Shown here: piece after piece, positions 1 through 9,436 of the stretch
Position numbering within the stretch: the stretch's first letter is position 1
Layout: every line of letters starts with the position of its first letter
Source: Candidatus Bruticola sp.
Lineage (GTDB): Bacteria; Vulcanimicrobiota; Xenobia; Xenobiales; Xenobiaceae
DNA length: 64,000 nt
Direction: 5' to 3'
Assembly (NCBI GenBank): GCA_051874735.1
Contig: JBJEGD010000031.1
Coordinates: 159,759 to 223,758, forward strand
The notes under the pieces: model-generated
The model's database searches: none
Told to the model about the DNA's origin: nothing
Seen by the model: the letters and a program-made list of their open reading frames with translations, nothing else
Made by a program: the position numbers and the translations under genes

Positions 1-816
1 CATAGAGTCTCAGAACAGCCAGTGCTTACTCTAGCCACCTGGAATTTAGAGAATTTTTTCGATACGGTTGACGACGATTATAATGATGATGTGCTTACTG
101 AATCGGAATATGCTGATAAGCTGAGTAGAGTAAGCTCTGTCCTTCAGCAGGTCGGCGCTGATGTCGTAGGAGTTGAAGAAATTGAGAACTCCCAAGTTCT
201 GTCCGATTTAGGGCGTCGCAGCGGGTACCCTTACTATGTACTCATTCCCGGTAACGATAAAGTTCGAGGTATAAATGTAGGCGTGCTTTCAAAAGTGCCG
301 GTGCGTAATTGCGTAACTCACACTCAAGACAGCTTTATTCAGCCGAAAGGTAAGCGCTCTGCAGTGTTTTCCCGAGATTGTTTAGAAGTGCACTTTAATC
401 ATAAAAGTAATTTTACACTTCTAGTAAATCATTTTAAGAGCAAACGCGGAGGAGCGGCTACAGACGCCAAACGTATCGCTCAGGCTAAGCGAGTGAAAGA
501 AATAGCTCGTTCGCTGAGTTCTTATCCTACAGCCATATGCGGCGACTTAAATGATACTCCTGAAGCTAAGACGCTTCGTCCTTTGCTTAGTTGTACTTTC
601 CTCACCGATGTTTTAGGACATTTACCCGAGACAGAGAGGCGCAGCTTCTTTAATAGTAGGTATCAGTCAGCTCTAGATTATATTATTGTCAATGAGAAGC
701 TCAAGCCGGCTGTAGTTCCGAACAGCGCTATGGTTTGTGCCGATATACCCGACATAGAGAAAGCTAGCGATCATCGGCCGGTTAAAGTTATTTTCGATTT
801 CCGCAAAATTAAATAG
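1..816 (+). CDS. Endonuclease/exonuclease/phosphatase (EEP) family protein, possibly 5'-truncated by the window edge
   Basis: Motifs TWNLENFFD, GVEEIEN, NHFKS, GDLND, LDYI, SDHRPV. The frame is open back to base 1; the ORF track starts at GTG 22. Confidence 0.85.
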   Translation, partial: HRVSEQPVLTLATWNLENFFDTVDDDYNDDVLTESEYADKLSRVSSVLQQVGADVVGVEEIENSQVLSDLGRRSGYPYYVLIPGNDKVRGINVGVLSKVPVRNCVTHTQDSFIQPKGKRSAVFSRDCLEVHFNHKSNFTLLVNHFKSKRGGAATDAKRIAQAKRVKEIARSLSSYPTAICGDLNDTPEAKTLRPLLSCTFLTDVLGHLPETERRSFFNSRYQSALDYIIVNEKLKPAVVPNSAMVCADIPDIEKASDHRPVKVIFDFRKIK

Positions 817-964
817 CTCTGCTGGGGCTACTTGTCTATGGCAGTAGCAGTTTTAAAGTTTGCAGACATATTATTAAGCTGTGCCGCTTGTGTTGACCTG
901 AAGCTGCACGGCTTTATGTTTTTTTTAGGTATGGCCGTCTTTTTATTAAAAAGGAAAAGTATTT

Positions 965-2533
965 ATGCTCACAATTTGTAGTTTTTGGCACCGACAGAAA
1001 AATTTTGTTTCAAAAGCGGCTTTTATGTTGGTTTTGGAAATTTTTTGCTGCTCTACTGTTTGGGCTTTGCCGACCGAGCCTGCTGCTGTTAAAGCTGTCG
1101 GTACTGTCACTAAAGTCGAAACATGTTGTATAGCTTGGGAAAGATCTGCTGCCAGCAAAACTGCAGATGATTCTGCGTCAATTAAAGAGCAAGTCCGCCG
1201 TTTGGCAAGCGAAACTGAAAAAATCAGGGGATTGCGTTTTAAAGAGCCGGTTAACTGCCATTTTTGTACTCAGAATGAGGCGGGGAACTATTTGTTAGAG
1301 GCTAATCGCCAGGAATCTAAGCCTAATATCGATGAACGACGCAATCTGTTCTTTCACAATCTTGGTCTTTTGCAACAAGGACAGAATTTCCGCAATTACG
1401 CCGACTTAGTTTATTCAGAGCAAGTGCGCGGCCTTTATGATACCGTCAATAAAATTCTGTTAGTGGTGACTGATATTTTAGAAGAACCAAAAATTGATGC
1501 GATTATCAGCAAACTGCTCAATCATTTTAATATCGATTTAAGCGATTTACTCTTAGTGCATGAGCTTTGCCACGCTCTGCAAGATCAAAACTTTAATTTA
1601 GGCCAGAAGTTATCAGCCGCTGAAGGTAATCTTGATAAGGAATTAGCCTTGACAGCTGTAGCTGAGGGAGACGCCACTAGTACTATGTTTACCTATTTGG
1701 CTTCTTCTATGGGCTTAAATAAGTACACTGTCCAGAAATATATAATTACTTCTCCTCAGTTAGTTGAAAAGGCTGTGAATCAATTTCCTCAGCTGGAAAA
1801 AGCTCCGCTGATTGTGAAAGCGGTAACGCTTATGCCTTATATGAACGGCCTCGATTTTTGTCAAGTTTTAGCTGAACAGCAGGGAAGTTCCAGTATAAAT
1901 GGCGCTTTGGTTGATCCTCCTGTATCGACTGAACATATACTCCATCCTTTTAAGCATATAAAGAAAGTGGACTTGCCTAAAACTGTAGATTTCAGCGCTT
2001 TACCCAGTAATTTCGGCAATTATGTAAGCTTAGGCGATGACACTGCCGGTGAGTACATTATCCGTACTTGGATCGAAAATTTTAATAAAGCCAAGGCTGC
2101 AGCTGTAGCTCGAGGTTGGGGTGGTGATACTTGGCGTGTTTACAGACTGTCTCGCTCAATTGGCAGTGCAAATGAGCTTAGTCAATATGCCGACGGTGAG
2201 TTGCCTAGGACTTACAGTGTTGAAAATGGAGCAGATAAAGCTAATCATAGCCAAATTAACGCGTCAGTCTCTAAATTATCAAGCAAACAAGCTTCGGAAA
2301 AAACTTCACACTTATATGGCAGTTTTAATGACAGCTTTGTTATTTGGGCTTCAATTTGGGATAGTGAAGGTGATGCTAAAGAATTTGCTGACGCTGTGAA
2401 GAATATATCAGATGTAAAGTCGGAAATTCATGCTCACGATCGCAGCGTAATTGTTCTGCTTAATGTTCCTGAGAGCCAAATCAATGCGGTTAGAAAGGCA
2501 ATCTCCAAGCCTAGTATTATGGTGCGTGGTTGA
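965..2533 (+). CDS. Exported zinc metallopeptidase-like protein (HExxH; DUF6782/Hvo_1808-like)
   Basis: Signal-like hydrophobic N-terminus, VHELCHALQDQNF, downstream EGDAT and PVSTEHILHP motifs. Confidence 0.6.
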   Translation: MLTICSFWHRQKNFVSKAAFMLVLEIFCCSTVWALPTEPAAVKAVGTVTKVETCCIAWERSAASKTADDSASIKEQVRRLASETEKIRGLRFKEPVNCHFCTQNEAGNYLLEANRQESKPNIDERRNLFFHNLGLLQQGQNFRNYADLVYSEQVRGLYDTVNKILLVVTDILEEPKIDAIISKLLNHFNIDLSDLLLVHELCHALQDQNFNLGQKLSAAEGNLDKELALTAVAEGDATSTMFTYLASSMGLNKYTVQKYIITSPQLVEKAVNQFPQLEKAPLIVKAVTLMPYMNGLDFCQVLAEQQGSSSINGALVDPPVSTEHILHPFKHIKKVDLPKTVDFSALPSNFGNYVSLGDDTAGEYIIRTWIENFNKAKAAAVARGWGGDTWRVYRLSRSIGSANELSQYADGELPRTYSVENGADKANHSQINASVSKLSSKQASEKTSHLYGSFNDSFVIWASIWDSEGDAKEFADAVKNISDVKSEIHAHDRSVIVLLNVPESQINAVRKAISKPSIMVRG

Positions 2534-2661
2534 AATTGACGTCTGACTAGTATCAGCTTTTGAGTTTAGACAGACTATAAGTTACAGGAAATCACATTGT
2601 TTTTTTAGAAAGATAACGGGATTTTTGCCTATTTGGCAGCTGCCGTTTGGGGTGTAGTGTT

Positions 2662-3066
2662 ATGCATATACAAATTTTGCTGCGTATTTGTGGCGATAGC
2701 GGTCGGCGTTTTATGGGGCCAGGGCCTTATGCTTTGCTGCGAGGTGTTGAAAAATATGGTTCTATACGTAAATCAGCTATCAATTTGAATATGTCTTATG
2801 CTAAGGCTCACCGTATTCTAACTTCTTTAGAAAAAGAATTAGGCATAAAGCTCATGAACAGGTATATTGGCGGTTATGAGCATGGCGGAGCTGAGCTAAC
2901 TAAGGAAGCCAGTTTGCTTTTGGACCATTATGATAGTATGTTAAAGAAGCTTCAGGAGGCCGCTAAGGAACCTTGGCAAGAGTTCTTACAGGCAGCAGAT
3001 CGCATCAAACATGAACAGGAGCTCAGCTCTGCCGCATCGCAAGAACATGAGGAACTTGACAGTTAA
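2662..3066 (+). CDS. ModE-family winged-helix regulator, DNA-binding domain only
   Basis: FMGPGPYALL..GSIRKSA..LNMSYAKA..GG...GGAELT. No molybdate-binding TOBE domains. ATG 2662 preferred over TTG 2647. Confidence 0.8.
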   Translation: MHIQILLRICGDSGRRFMGPGPYALLRGVEKYGSIRKSAINLNMSYAKAHRILTSLEKELGIKLMNRYIGGYEHGGAELTKEASLLLDHYDSMLKKLQEAAKEPWQEFLQAADRIKHEQELSSAASQEHEELDS

Positions 3067-3691
3067 AGAACTGACATTTACAGCTATGCTAACTTGCTGC
3101 AACTCTGTTTCAGAGTTAGTGATTGGCACGCTGCTTCATCTCATCAACTTTTCTATGAAAGGATCTGTGTTAGTTGGCCTTAACGTTATGGTCTACACCG
3201 TTCTTTTCAGTCGGATACCGCGTTTTGGTATTGTCACTTTGTGCGGTTTAGGTACAGCATTAGTTAATTTTCTAATTACAGGCGGGTTCAAATTCTTTGC
3301 CCTTTACTGTATTGTCATTGAAGCTTTAGTTGTTGATATTATTTTTTCTGTTTTTAAGCTTAGCAAATCTAGTATTATAGCTTCATGCGTAGCTGCAGGT
3401 CTTACCGCCTGTCTTTGCGGCTTCGTCAACGCTTTTTTATTTTTAGGTATTGATCCTGGAATAGCATTGCAGCGTTTGTCTCAAAGTACGTTGACCTTGG
3501 GTCAGCCTTTAGCAGTTATAGTAGGTTTTATTGTTCTGGGACGAATTTTAGCTGGTGTAGTTTTGGGCTTAGTAGCCTGGAGACTAGTGCGTCTGATTAG
3601 TCCTGAAAGAGACTATATCGGTAGTACCACCGCCATAAAATCAAGCCCAAAATTACATATATCTGAGACAGTAATACATAAAGAAAGTTGA
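3047..3691 (+). CDS. Multi-pass membrane protein, ECF S-component-like
   Basis: About 6 hydrophobic segments, PRFG motif, size about 210 aa; overlaps the upstream gene. Confidence 0.45.
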   Translation: MRNLTVKELTFTAMLTCCNSVSELVIGTLLHLINFSMKGSVLVGLNVMVYTVLFSRIPRFGIVTLCGLGTALVNFLITGGFKFFALYCIVIEALVVDIIFSVFKLSKSSIIASCVAAGLTACLCGFVNAFLFLGIDPGIALQRLSQSTLTLGQPLAVIVGFIVLGRILAGVVLGLVAWRLVRLISPERDYIGSTTAIKSSPKLHISETVIHKES

Positions 3692-4356
3692 TGATAGTGA
3701 AAATGGACCAACTTAAAAGTTTTCTTTTTACTTTGGGATTAATGGCATTAATGCAGATTAGTTGTGCAGCAGAACCGATAACTGCGGTTGAACTTCCTGC
3801 TCCAGAACAGAGCGGAGGCCGTCCTATTATGGACGTTTTTAAAGATCGACACACAGAGCGCCGTTTTGCTATTAACAAAGAGGTTCCCGAGCAGATTCTC
3901 AGCAATTTGCTTTGGGCTTCTTGGGGTATAAATAGGAGTGATGGTAAGCGTACCGCTCCTACAGCTAGAAATAGTAGGAATATAGATATTTATGTGGCTA
4001 AGGCTGACGGCCTTTGGCGTTACGATGCTGCTGCTAATAAGCTTATACTGTTTAAAAGCGGCGATGCTCGCCGGGGCCGATTTAAGAGTGCTCCTTTTTC
4101 GTTTTATTATGTTGCTCCAGTTGCCCCTGATCCCCATTTCTCTTATATGCATGCTGGTTCATTGTATCAAAATGCCGGTCTTTACTGCGCTTCTTGCGGT
4201 TTAGGAAATGTGGTAGTTGGCGATCCCTCTACTCTTGAGTCTATTAATCGTGATTACAAGTTTGATAAAGGTTATGAAGTTTTGGTTATTCAGTCTTTCG
4301 GATGGCCCAGTACTGAGAAAACGAATAATTCGGCTCAGAATAAAATGTCTAAATAG
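3688..4356 (+). CDS. Nitroreductase family (SagB/ThcOx-like) protein with signal-like N-terminus
   Basis: RHTERRF, LSNLLWASWGINR, RTAPTARN, AGSLYQNAGLYCASCGLG. Confidence 0.8.
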   Translation: MMIVKMDQLKSFLFTLGLMALMQISCAAEPITAVELPAPEQSGGRPIMDVFKDRHTERRFAINKEVPEQILSNLLWASWGINRSDGKRTAPTARNSRNIDIYVAKADGLWRYDAAANKLILFKSGDARRGRFKSAPFSFYYVAPVAPDPHFSYMHAGSLYQNAGLYCASCGLGNVVVGDPSTLESINRDYKFDKGYEVLVIQSFGWPSTEKTNNSAQNKMSK

Positions 4357-4486
4357 AAGAGCAAGCTGACAAGCGTGTTTCTGGATATGAAAGGTAAAGG
4401 CTTAAAGTTAAAGGAAACAAGCCGTTCAACTAGCTGCTTTTTTTCAGCTATATGCGCTTAGTAATAAGGAGAGTTCTTAAAGAAGT

Positions 4487-5359
4487 ATGTCCGACACCTT
4501 GTTTATTGTAGATACTATGTACCAGATATTTAAAAATTTTTATGCTTTGGGTGGCGCCCGAGGTTTAAGAAGTGCGCAGGGTGTACCTACTTCGGCTGTC
4601 TATGGTTTAGCTAAAACTTTGCGCAGTTGGCGTACTAAATTAGGCATGGATTACTGTATTTGTGCTTTTGAAAGTTCTGTGCCAGTTTTTCGCCGGGAAA
4701 TTTCTCCTTTATATAAGGCGAACCGTCCGCCGTTAGATCCCGATTTAAAGGTACAAATTCCTCTGGCTATGGATATGTGTCGCCATTTGGGATATAAGGT
4801 TATTTATGCTGATGGTTATGAGGCTGACGATATAATCGGAACTTTATCGGCGTCTGCTTTAAAAAAAGGCTGGAAAGTGCGCGTTCTCTCTAAAGACAAA
4901 GATTTTGCCCAGTTGCTCGCTCTAGATGGGGACATTGCCATAATGCTTCCAGCAGAGGGCAAAAGTGACGAGCATTATGTTGATAAAAGCAACTGTCAGG
5001 ATAATTATTGTGGAGTACCGGCTGAACTTATAGTCGATTGGTTGGCTTTAATGGGAGACGCTTCTGATAATATTATAGGTGTGAAAGGTATAGGCGAGAA
5101 AACTGGTGCTAAGCTCATCAATAAATTCGGAAGTTTGGAAAATATTATAGAACGAGCCGATCTTTGCGGACGTTTTGCCGTGGCTATAAAAGAAGCTCAG
5201 GATCGTTTAAAAATGAATAAAGTTTTGGCTTCTATACGCCAGGATGCTCCTTTGCCTGTACATATGAACAGTTTGGAGGAGTTTAAAATTCAGAATCCAG
5301 GAGCTGCTGCCGAGTCTTTTTGTCAAAATTTAGGTATCAAGTTTGCTTCTTTAATTTGA
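4487..5359 (+). CDS. Stand-alone 5'-3' exonuclease/flap endonuclease (Pol I N-terminal-like)
   Basis: YKANR, GYEADDIIGT, SKDKDFAQL, ALMGDASDNIIGVKGIGEKT (H3TH). No polymerase domain. Confidence 0.9.
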   Translation: MSDTLFIVDTMYQIFKNFYALGGARGLRSAQGVPTSAVYGLAKTLRSWRTKLGMDYCICAFESSVPVFRREISPLYKANRPPLDPDLKVQIPLAMDMCRHLGYKVIYADGYEADDIIGTLSASALKKGWKVRVLSKDKDFAQLLALDGDIAIMLPAEGKSDEHYVDKSNCQDNYCGVPAELIVDWLALMGDASDNIIGVKGIGEKTGAKLINKFGSLENIIERADLCGRFAVAIKEAQDRLKMNKVLASIRQDAPLPVHMNSLEEFKIQNPGAAAESFCQNLGIKFASLI

Positions 5360-5449
5360 GCTGTTGTTAATCTTGATGATAAATGTGCTTCCAAAATTTT
5401 GACTAAGCTTAATAGGTACAAACTTTAGAATATATTGGCGACAATAATG

Positions 5450-5498
5450 AGGCCCGAGGGCTTAGGCAGCCAGTTCAGCTGCTTAAGCCCTCGGGCTT
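5450..5498. terminator. 21-bp hairpin between convergent genes (bidirectional terminator-like)
   Basis: AGGCCCGAGGGCTTAGGCAGC-cagttca-GCTGCTTAAGCCCTCGGGCTT. Confidence 0.75.
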
Positions 5499-5517
5499 AG
5501 TCAATTCTTACACTTGA

Positions 5518-6897
5518 CTATTTTTTCATCTCCGGAAGCGCAGCAATTTCCTGCATCAGATAAATAGAAGCAGCTATGCCAGCGTGGAAATTTTCTAAAG
5601 AAAGATGCTCGTTAGGAGCATGAATCTGCTCATCTTCCAAACCTACGCCTAAGAGTACAGCTGGGATGTTGAGTACTTTGGTAAAAGTAGAAACAATGGG
5701 GATGGAACCGCCTTCGCGAACTTTTACCGGGACTGTATTCCAGGCTTTCTGAGCTGCAATATTAGCTGCGCGTAAAACGGGATCGTCAGGAGAAGTCATC
5801 CAAGCTGGGCCGCCGTGATCAAATTTAACGCTTACGGTAACAGCCGGGGAGGCTAAACGCCTTATTTCAGCTTCTAAGAGTTGAGCAATCTCTTTGTCGT
5901 CTTGATCGGGAACCAAACGGCAGGAAATTTTGGCGTAAGCTCTGGAAGGAATGACCGTTTTGGCACCTTCGCCAGTAAAACCACCCCAAATTCCATTTAC
6001 ATCGAGGGTGGGACGAGCCCAGCGCCGCTCAATGCAGCTGTATCCCTCTTCGCCGCAGAGCTCCGGAGAACCGACCATCTGACGATACTCTTCTTCGTCA
6101 AAATCGAGACCTTCCCATTCTTTACGTTCCTCCTCAGAGAGAGGGCGCACCTTATCGTAGAAGTGGGGGATGGTAATGCGGTACTTGTCATCTTTGAGAG
6201 CAGCAATAATGCGGCAGAGTTCATTAATGGGGTTAGGTACAGCTCCTCCGAACATACCTGAGTGCATATCGCCATCGCCGCCCTTAATTTCCACTTCAAG
6301 ATAAGTTAGGCCGCGCAAGCCGTAAAGCAGGGAGGGACGGCCTGGAGCGTACATAGTGGTGTCAGAAATAACTAAAACATCGGCTTTTAATAAGTCGGCG
6401 TGGCTGACAATCCAGTTATCAAGGTTAGGACTGCCGCACTCTTCTTCGCCTTCGATACAGAACTTCAAGTTTACCGGCAGGGCCTTAAGGTCATTGAGAG
6501 TTTTAGCCGCTTTAATATGTACTAAAAATTGGCCTTTGTCGTCTGAAGTGCCTCGGGCATAAATTTTTCCATCACGTATTGAAGGCTCAAAAGGAGGGGT
6601 TTCCCACTCTTCAATGGGATCTTCAGGCTGCACATCGTAGTGGCCGTAAACTAAAATGGTGGGACGATCAGCTTTTTGTTCAGATTCGGCATAAACTATA
6701 GGATGGCCCGGTGTAGGCATAATTTCTGCTTTGCTGATACCAGCTTCATTGAGCTGGCGCACAACTTCTTGAGCGCATTTCAGCATATCCTGTTTGTGCT
6801 TTTCATCGGTGCTGACACTGGGAATGCGCAGAATAGATTTGAGATCTTCCTCAAATTTGGCGGCATTCTCTTTTAAATAAGTGGTAATTTCCGTCAT
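5518..6897 (-). CDS. M20 family dipeptidase (Dug1/CNDP-like)
   Basis: YGHYDVQP, ARGTSDDKG, EGEEECGS, DMHSG, GGSIP, IHAPNE. AGGAGG SD upstream of ATG 6897. Confidence 0.92.
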   Translation of the reverse strand: MTEITTYLKENAAKFEEDLKSILRIPSVSTDEKHKQDMLKCAQEVVRQLNEAGISKAEIMPTPGHPIVYAESEQKADRPTILVYGHYDVQPEDPIEEWETPPFEPSIRDGKIYARGTSDDKGQFLVHIKAAKTLNDLKALPVNLKFCIEGEEECGSPNLDNWIVSHADLLKADVLVISDTTMYAPGRPSLLYGLRGLTYLEVEIKGGDGDMHSGMFGGAVPNPINELCRIIAALKDDKYRITIPHFYDKVRPLSEEERKEWEGLDFDEEEYRQMVGSPELCGEEGYSCIERRWARPTLDVNGIWGGFTGEGAKTVIPSRAYAKISCRLVPDQDDKEIAQLLEAEIRRLASPAVTVSVKFDHGGPAWMTSPDDPVLRAANIAAQKAWNTVPVKVREGGSIPIVSTFTKVLNIPAVLLGVGLEDEQIHAPNEHLSLENFHAGIAASIYLMQEIAALPEMKK

Positions 6898-7082
6898 TAA
6901 CATCCTCCTGTTTGAGCTTTTGAAAGAGCCAAACTCACTGTAAAACCAATGTGAAATACCCCGCGTAAACGGGCAGCCATATTGCACCCTAAAGTGTATT
7001 TCGACAAATAAGCTTTGTTACTTACCTAATTTTCGTATCAAGCTGAAAATTTGCATCTGCAAGGCAGTACAGCTTGAAAAAT

Positions 7083-7119
7083 AAAAAAACGAGTTCCGGG
7101 AGTCAAACCCGAAACCCGC
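7083..7119 (-). terminator. Intrinsic terminator downstream of tRNA-Ser
   Basis: Minus strand: GC-rich hairpin CGGGTTTCGGG..CCCGGAACTCG followed by a T-run. Confidence 0.65.
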
Positions 7120-7146
7120 TTAACGTAGGGGATTGCTATTCTACAG

Positions 7147-7236
7147 TGGCGGAGTGACTGGGATTCGAACCCAGGTGGGCCTTTTGGACCCTCACGCTTA
7201 GCAGGCGTGCGCCTTTAACCTCTCGGCCATCGCTCC
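7147..7236 (-). tRNA. tRNA-Ser(GCT)
   Basis: Reverse complement GGAGCGA..GGCCGAGAGGTTAAAGGC; anticodon arm CACGC-CT-GCT-AA-GCGTG; long variable arm; CTGGG-TTCGAAT-CCCAG; G73 and encoded CCA. Confidence 0.95.
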
Positions 7237-7249
7237 GTGGAACGCAGTG

Positions 7250-7278
7250 ATTATACTAATAACTCTATAAAAAGGCAA
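7250..7278 (-). promoter_or_regulatory. Sigma70-type promoter of tRNA-Ser
   Basis: TTGCCT-N17-TATAAT on the minus strand, just upstream of the tRNA. Confidence 0.8.
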
Positions 7279-7537
7279 GAGGTATTTAGCAAAAATAATA
7301 TAAATTTTTTGGGTATGTAAGTTTATAGCTTGTTATACAGGAAGCTTTTTGTGTTTTTAAGCTTTGTATTATCGTAACCATCTATGCTGTAAGGTAGATT
7401 AAAGCTGCCCTATGAGAGGATAGTTGTTTTCTAAAAGTTATTCCGATGCAGCTTTTTTGTATTATACTGTAAAAGGGAACGTTTATATTAGTTTATAAAG
7501 AAACTGCTGGAAATGAGCAGATAAGAGATGTTTTTTT

Positions 7538-8188
7538 ATGTTTAACAATCCGAACGGTTCACTGAAGCGGGCTTTTGATTTTTTCGCTTCGCTATTTTTG
7601 TTAGTTATACTCAGTCCTATTTTAGCAGCCTGTGCAGTTGCCGTACTTATTGATAACGGTTGGCCTATTTTTTATGTGCAGGAGCGCGTAGGCAGGCGTG
7701 GCCGCAAGTTTCCTTTTTTTAAATTTCGCACTATGATTCGCAACGCAGAGCGGTTGGGCAGCGGCTATGAAATATCAAAGAATGATTCGAGAATAACCAA
7801 GACTGGGGCTTTTTTGCGCCGTTGGTCACTAGACGAACTGCCTCAGCTTTTCAACGTACTGCGCGGTGAAATGAGTTTAGTCGGTCCGCGTCCTACTTTA
7901 GCTTATCAGGTAGAAGCCTACAGCCCCCACCAGCGCCGCCGTTTAGAAGTTTTGCCTGGTTTAACTGGACTAGCTCAGGTAAGCGGACGCAACAGTATTA
8001 CCTGGCCGGAGCGTATAGAATTAGATATATATTATATAAACAATTATTCTTTCTGGCTTGATTGTCAAATTTTGTGGCGCACTGTAGGCGTGCTTTATCG
8101 CGGGGATGAAATTTACGGTTATGGTTGGCTGCCTAAAGCTGGGCAGGTATCTGTTGATTCAGCCACAGGCGACGAGCATAAACAGTAA
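7538..8188 (+). CDS. Bacterial sugar transferase (PglC/WcaJ-like phosphoglycosyl transferase)
   Basis: KRAFD, KFRTM, LRRWSLDELPQLFNVLRGEMSLVGPRP, PGLTGLAQV. Confidence 0.93.
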   Translation: MFNNPNGSLKRAFDFFASLFLLVILSPILAACAVAVLIDNGWPIFYVQERVGRRGRKFPFFKFRTMIRNAERLGSGYEISKNDSRITKTGAFLRRWSLDELPQLFNVLRGEMSLVGPRPTLAYQVEAYSPHQRRRLEVLPGLTGLAQVSGRNSITWPERIELDIYYINNYSFWLDCQILWRTVGVLYRGDEIYGYGWLPKAGQVSVDSATGDEHKQ

Positions 8189-8257
8189 AGTGCATGTAGA
8201 TTGTCGGTATATTTTATCAGTGTGGAATAAAAAATAAAAAAATAAAGAGGTAAGGTT

Positions 8258-9424
8258 ATGGAAAAGCGCACACCAGCTATTTTAGGCGGTTCACCATTAT
8301 TTGATCCAGCTATTCCCTTTACTCAGCCTACTACGCCAGCCTGGGAAGAAGTTGCTCCTTCTTTAGAAAAGATGTATCGCAGTGGCTGGTTAACTAAGGG
8401 GCCTTATTTGCGCCTTTTTGAACAAAAAATGGCCGATTTGCTTGGCGTAAAATATGCCATAGGTGTTTCTTCCTGCACTAGCGGTCTTATTTTAGGACTG
8501 CAGGCTTTGCAGCTTAATAAGGATAAGGGCGAAATTATCGTACCTTCATTTTCTTTTATGGCCACTTTCCACGCTATTTGGTGGAACGGTTTTAAACCCG
8601 TGTTTGTGGACTGTGAACCCGATACGTTTACGGTCGATGTTGAGCAAATGCGCCGCGCCATTACTCCGCGTACCGCTGCTTTAGCAGCAGTAAGCGTTTT
8701 TGGCAATCCTCTAGATTTTGCAGCTGTAGAACGTTTGGGAGAAGAATACGGTTTGCCCGTATTTTATGATTCTGCTCACGGCTTAGGCACCATATATGAG
8801 GGCCATCCATTAGGTGGTCGAGGTAGCTTTGAATCATTTTCTCTTTCACCCACCAAGTTGCTCACTGGAGGTGAGGGCGGTTTAGTCACTACTAATAGTG
8901 AAAAAATTGCCAATCATATTATTGCTGGAAGAGATTATGGCAACCCAGGCAGCTATGAGTGTCCTTATATCGGTATGAATGCTCGCATGAGTGAAGCTAA
9001 TGCTATTATTGCCGCTAAAGGAGCTGACTATTTAGAAAATTACGCTCTGCACCGCAATAAAGCGGCTGAGGCTTATAAGCAAGGACTACAAGATTTGCCC
9101 GGTCTTTCTTTCCAAACTATCCGCGCTCACTCGCGCTCTTCTTACAAAGATTTTGCTGTTGTCGTCAGTTCTGAATTCGGTATGAGTCGTGACACCCTCA
9201 GTAAAGCACTTACCATGGAAGGCGTGCCTAACCGAGCCTATTTTAATCCGGCAGGTCACAAGTTATCTTGCTATAACGACGGACGGTTACAGCTGCCTAT
9301 TACTGAGAAAATTAGCGACAGTATTATCTGCCTCCCTATCTCCTCTCATATGGATCTGCAGCTAATCTCTAAAATTTGCCAACTTATTCATGAGCTGCAC
9401 GACTGCCGCGCTCAGTTGTCCTAA
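8258..9424 (+). CDS. DegT/DnrJ/EryC1/StrS PLP-dependent sugar aminotransferase
   Basis: DSAHGLG, SFSLSPTKLLTGGEGG, GMNARMSE. Confidence 0.93.
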   Translation: MEKRTPAILGGSPLFDPAIPFTQPTTPAWEEVAPSLEKMYRSGWLTKGPYLRLFEQKMADLLGVKYAIGVSSCTSGLILGLQALQLNKDKGEIIVPSFSFMATFHAIWWNGFKPVFVDCEPDTFTVDVEQMRRAITPRTAALAAVSVFGNPLDFAAVERLGEEYGLPVFYDSAHGLGTIYEGHPLGGRGSFESFSLSPTKLLTGGEGGLVTTNSEKIANHIIAGRDYGNPGSYECPYIGMNARMSEANAIIAAKGADYLENYALHRNKAAEAYKQGLQDLPGLSFQTIRAHSRSSYKDFAVVVSSEFGMSRDTLSKALTMEGVPNRAYFNPAGHKLSCYNDGRLQLPITEKISDSIICLPISSHMDLQLISKICQLIHELHDCRAQLS

Positions 9425-9436
9425 GGAGGTCAGATT

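Noticed and set aside
3688-4356. SagB-like oxidase as part of a RiPP (TOMM) cluster
   Set aside because: No YcaO, cyclodehydratase or precursor peptide nearby; stand-alone members of this family are common.
7147-7170. tRNA 3' end as an att site of an integrated element
   Set aside because: No duplicate of the tRNA 3' end and no integrase were noticed in the window.
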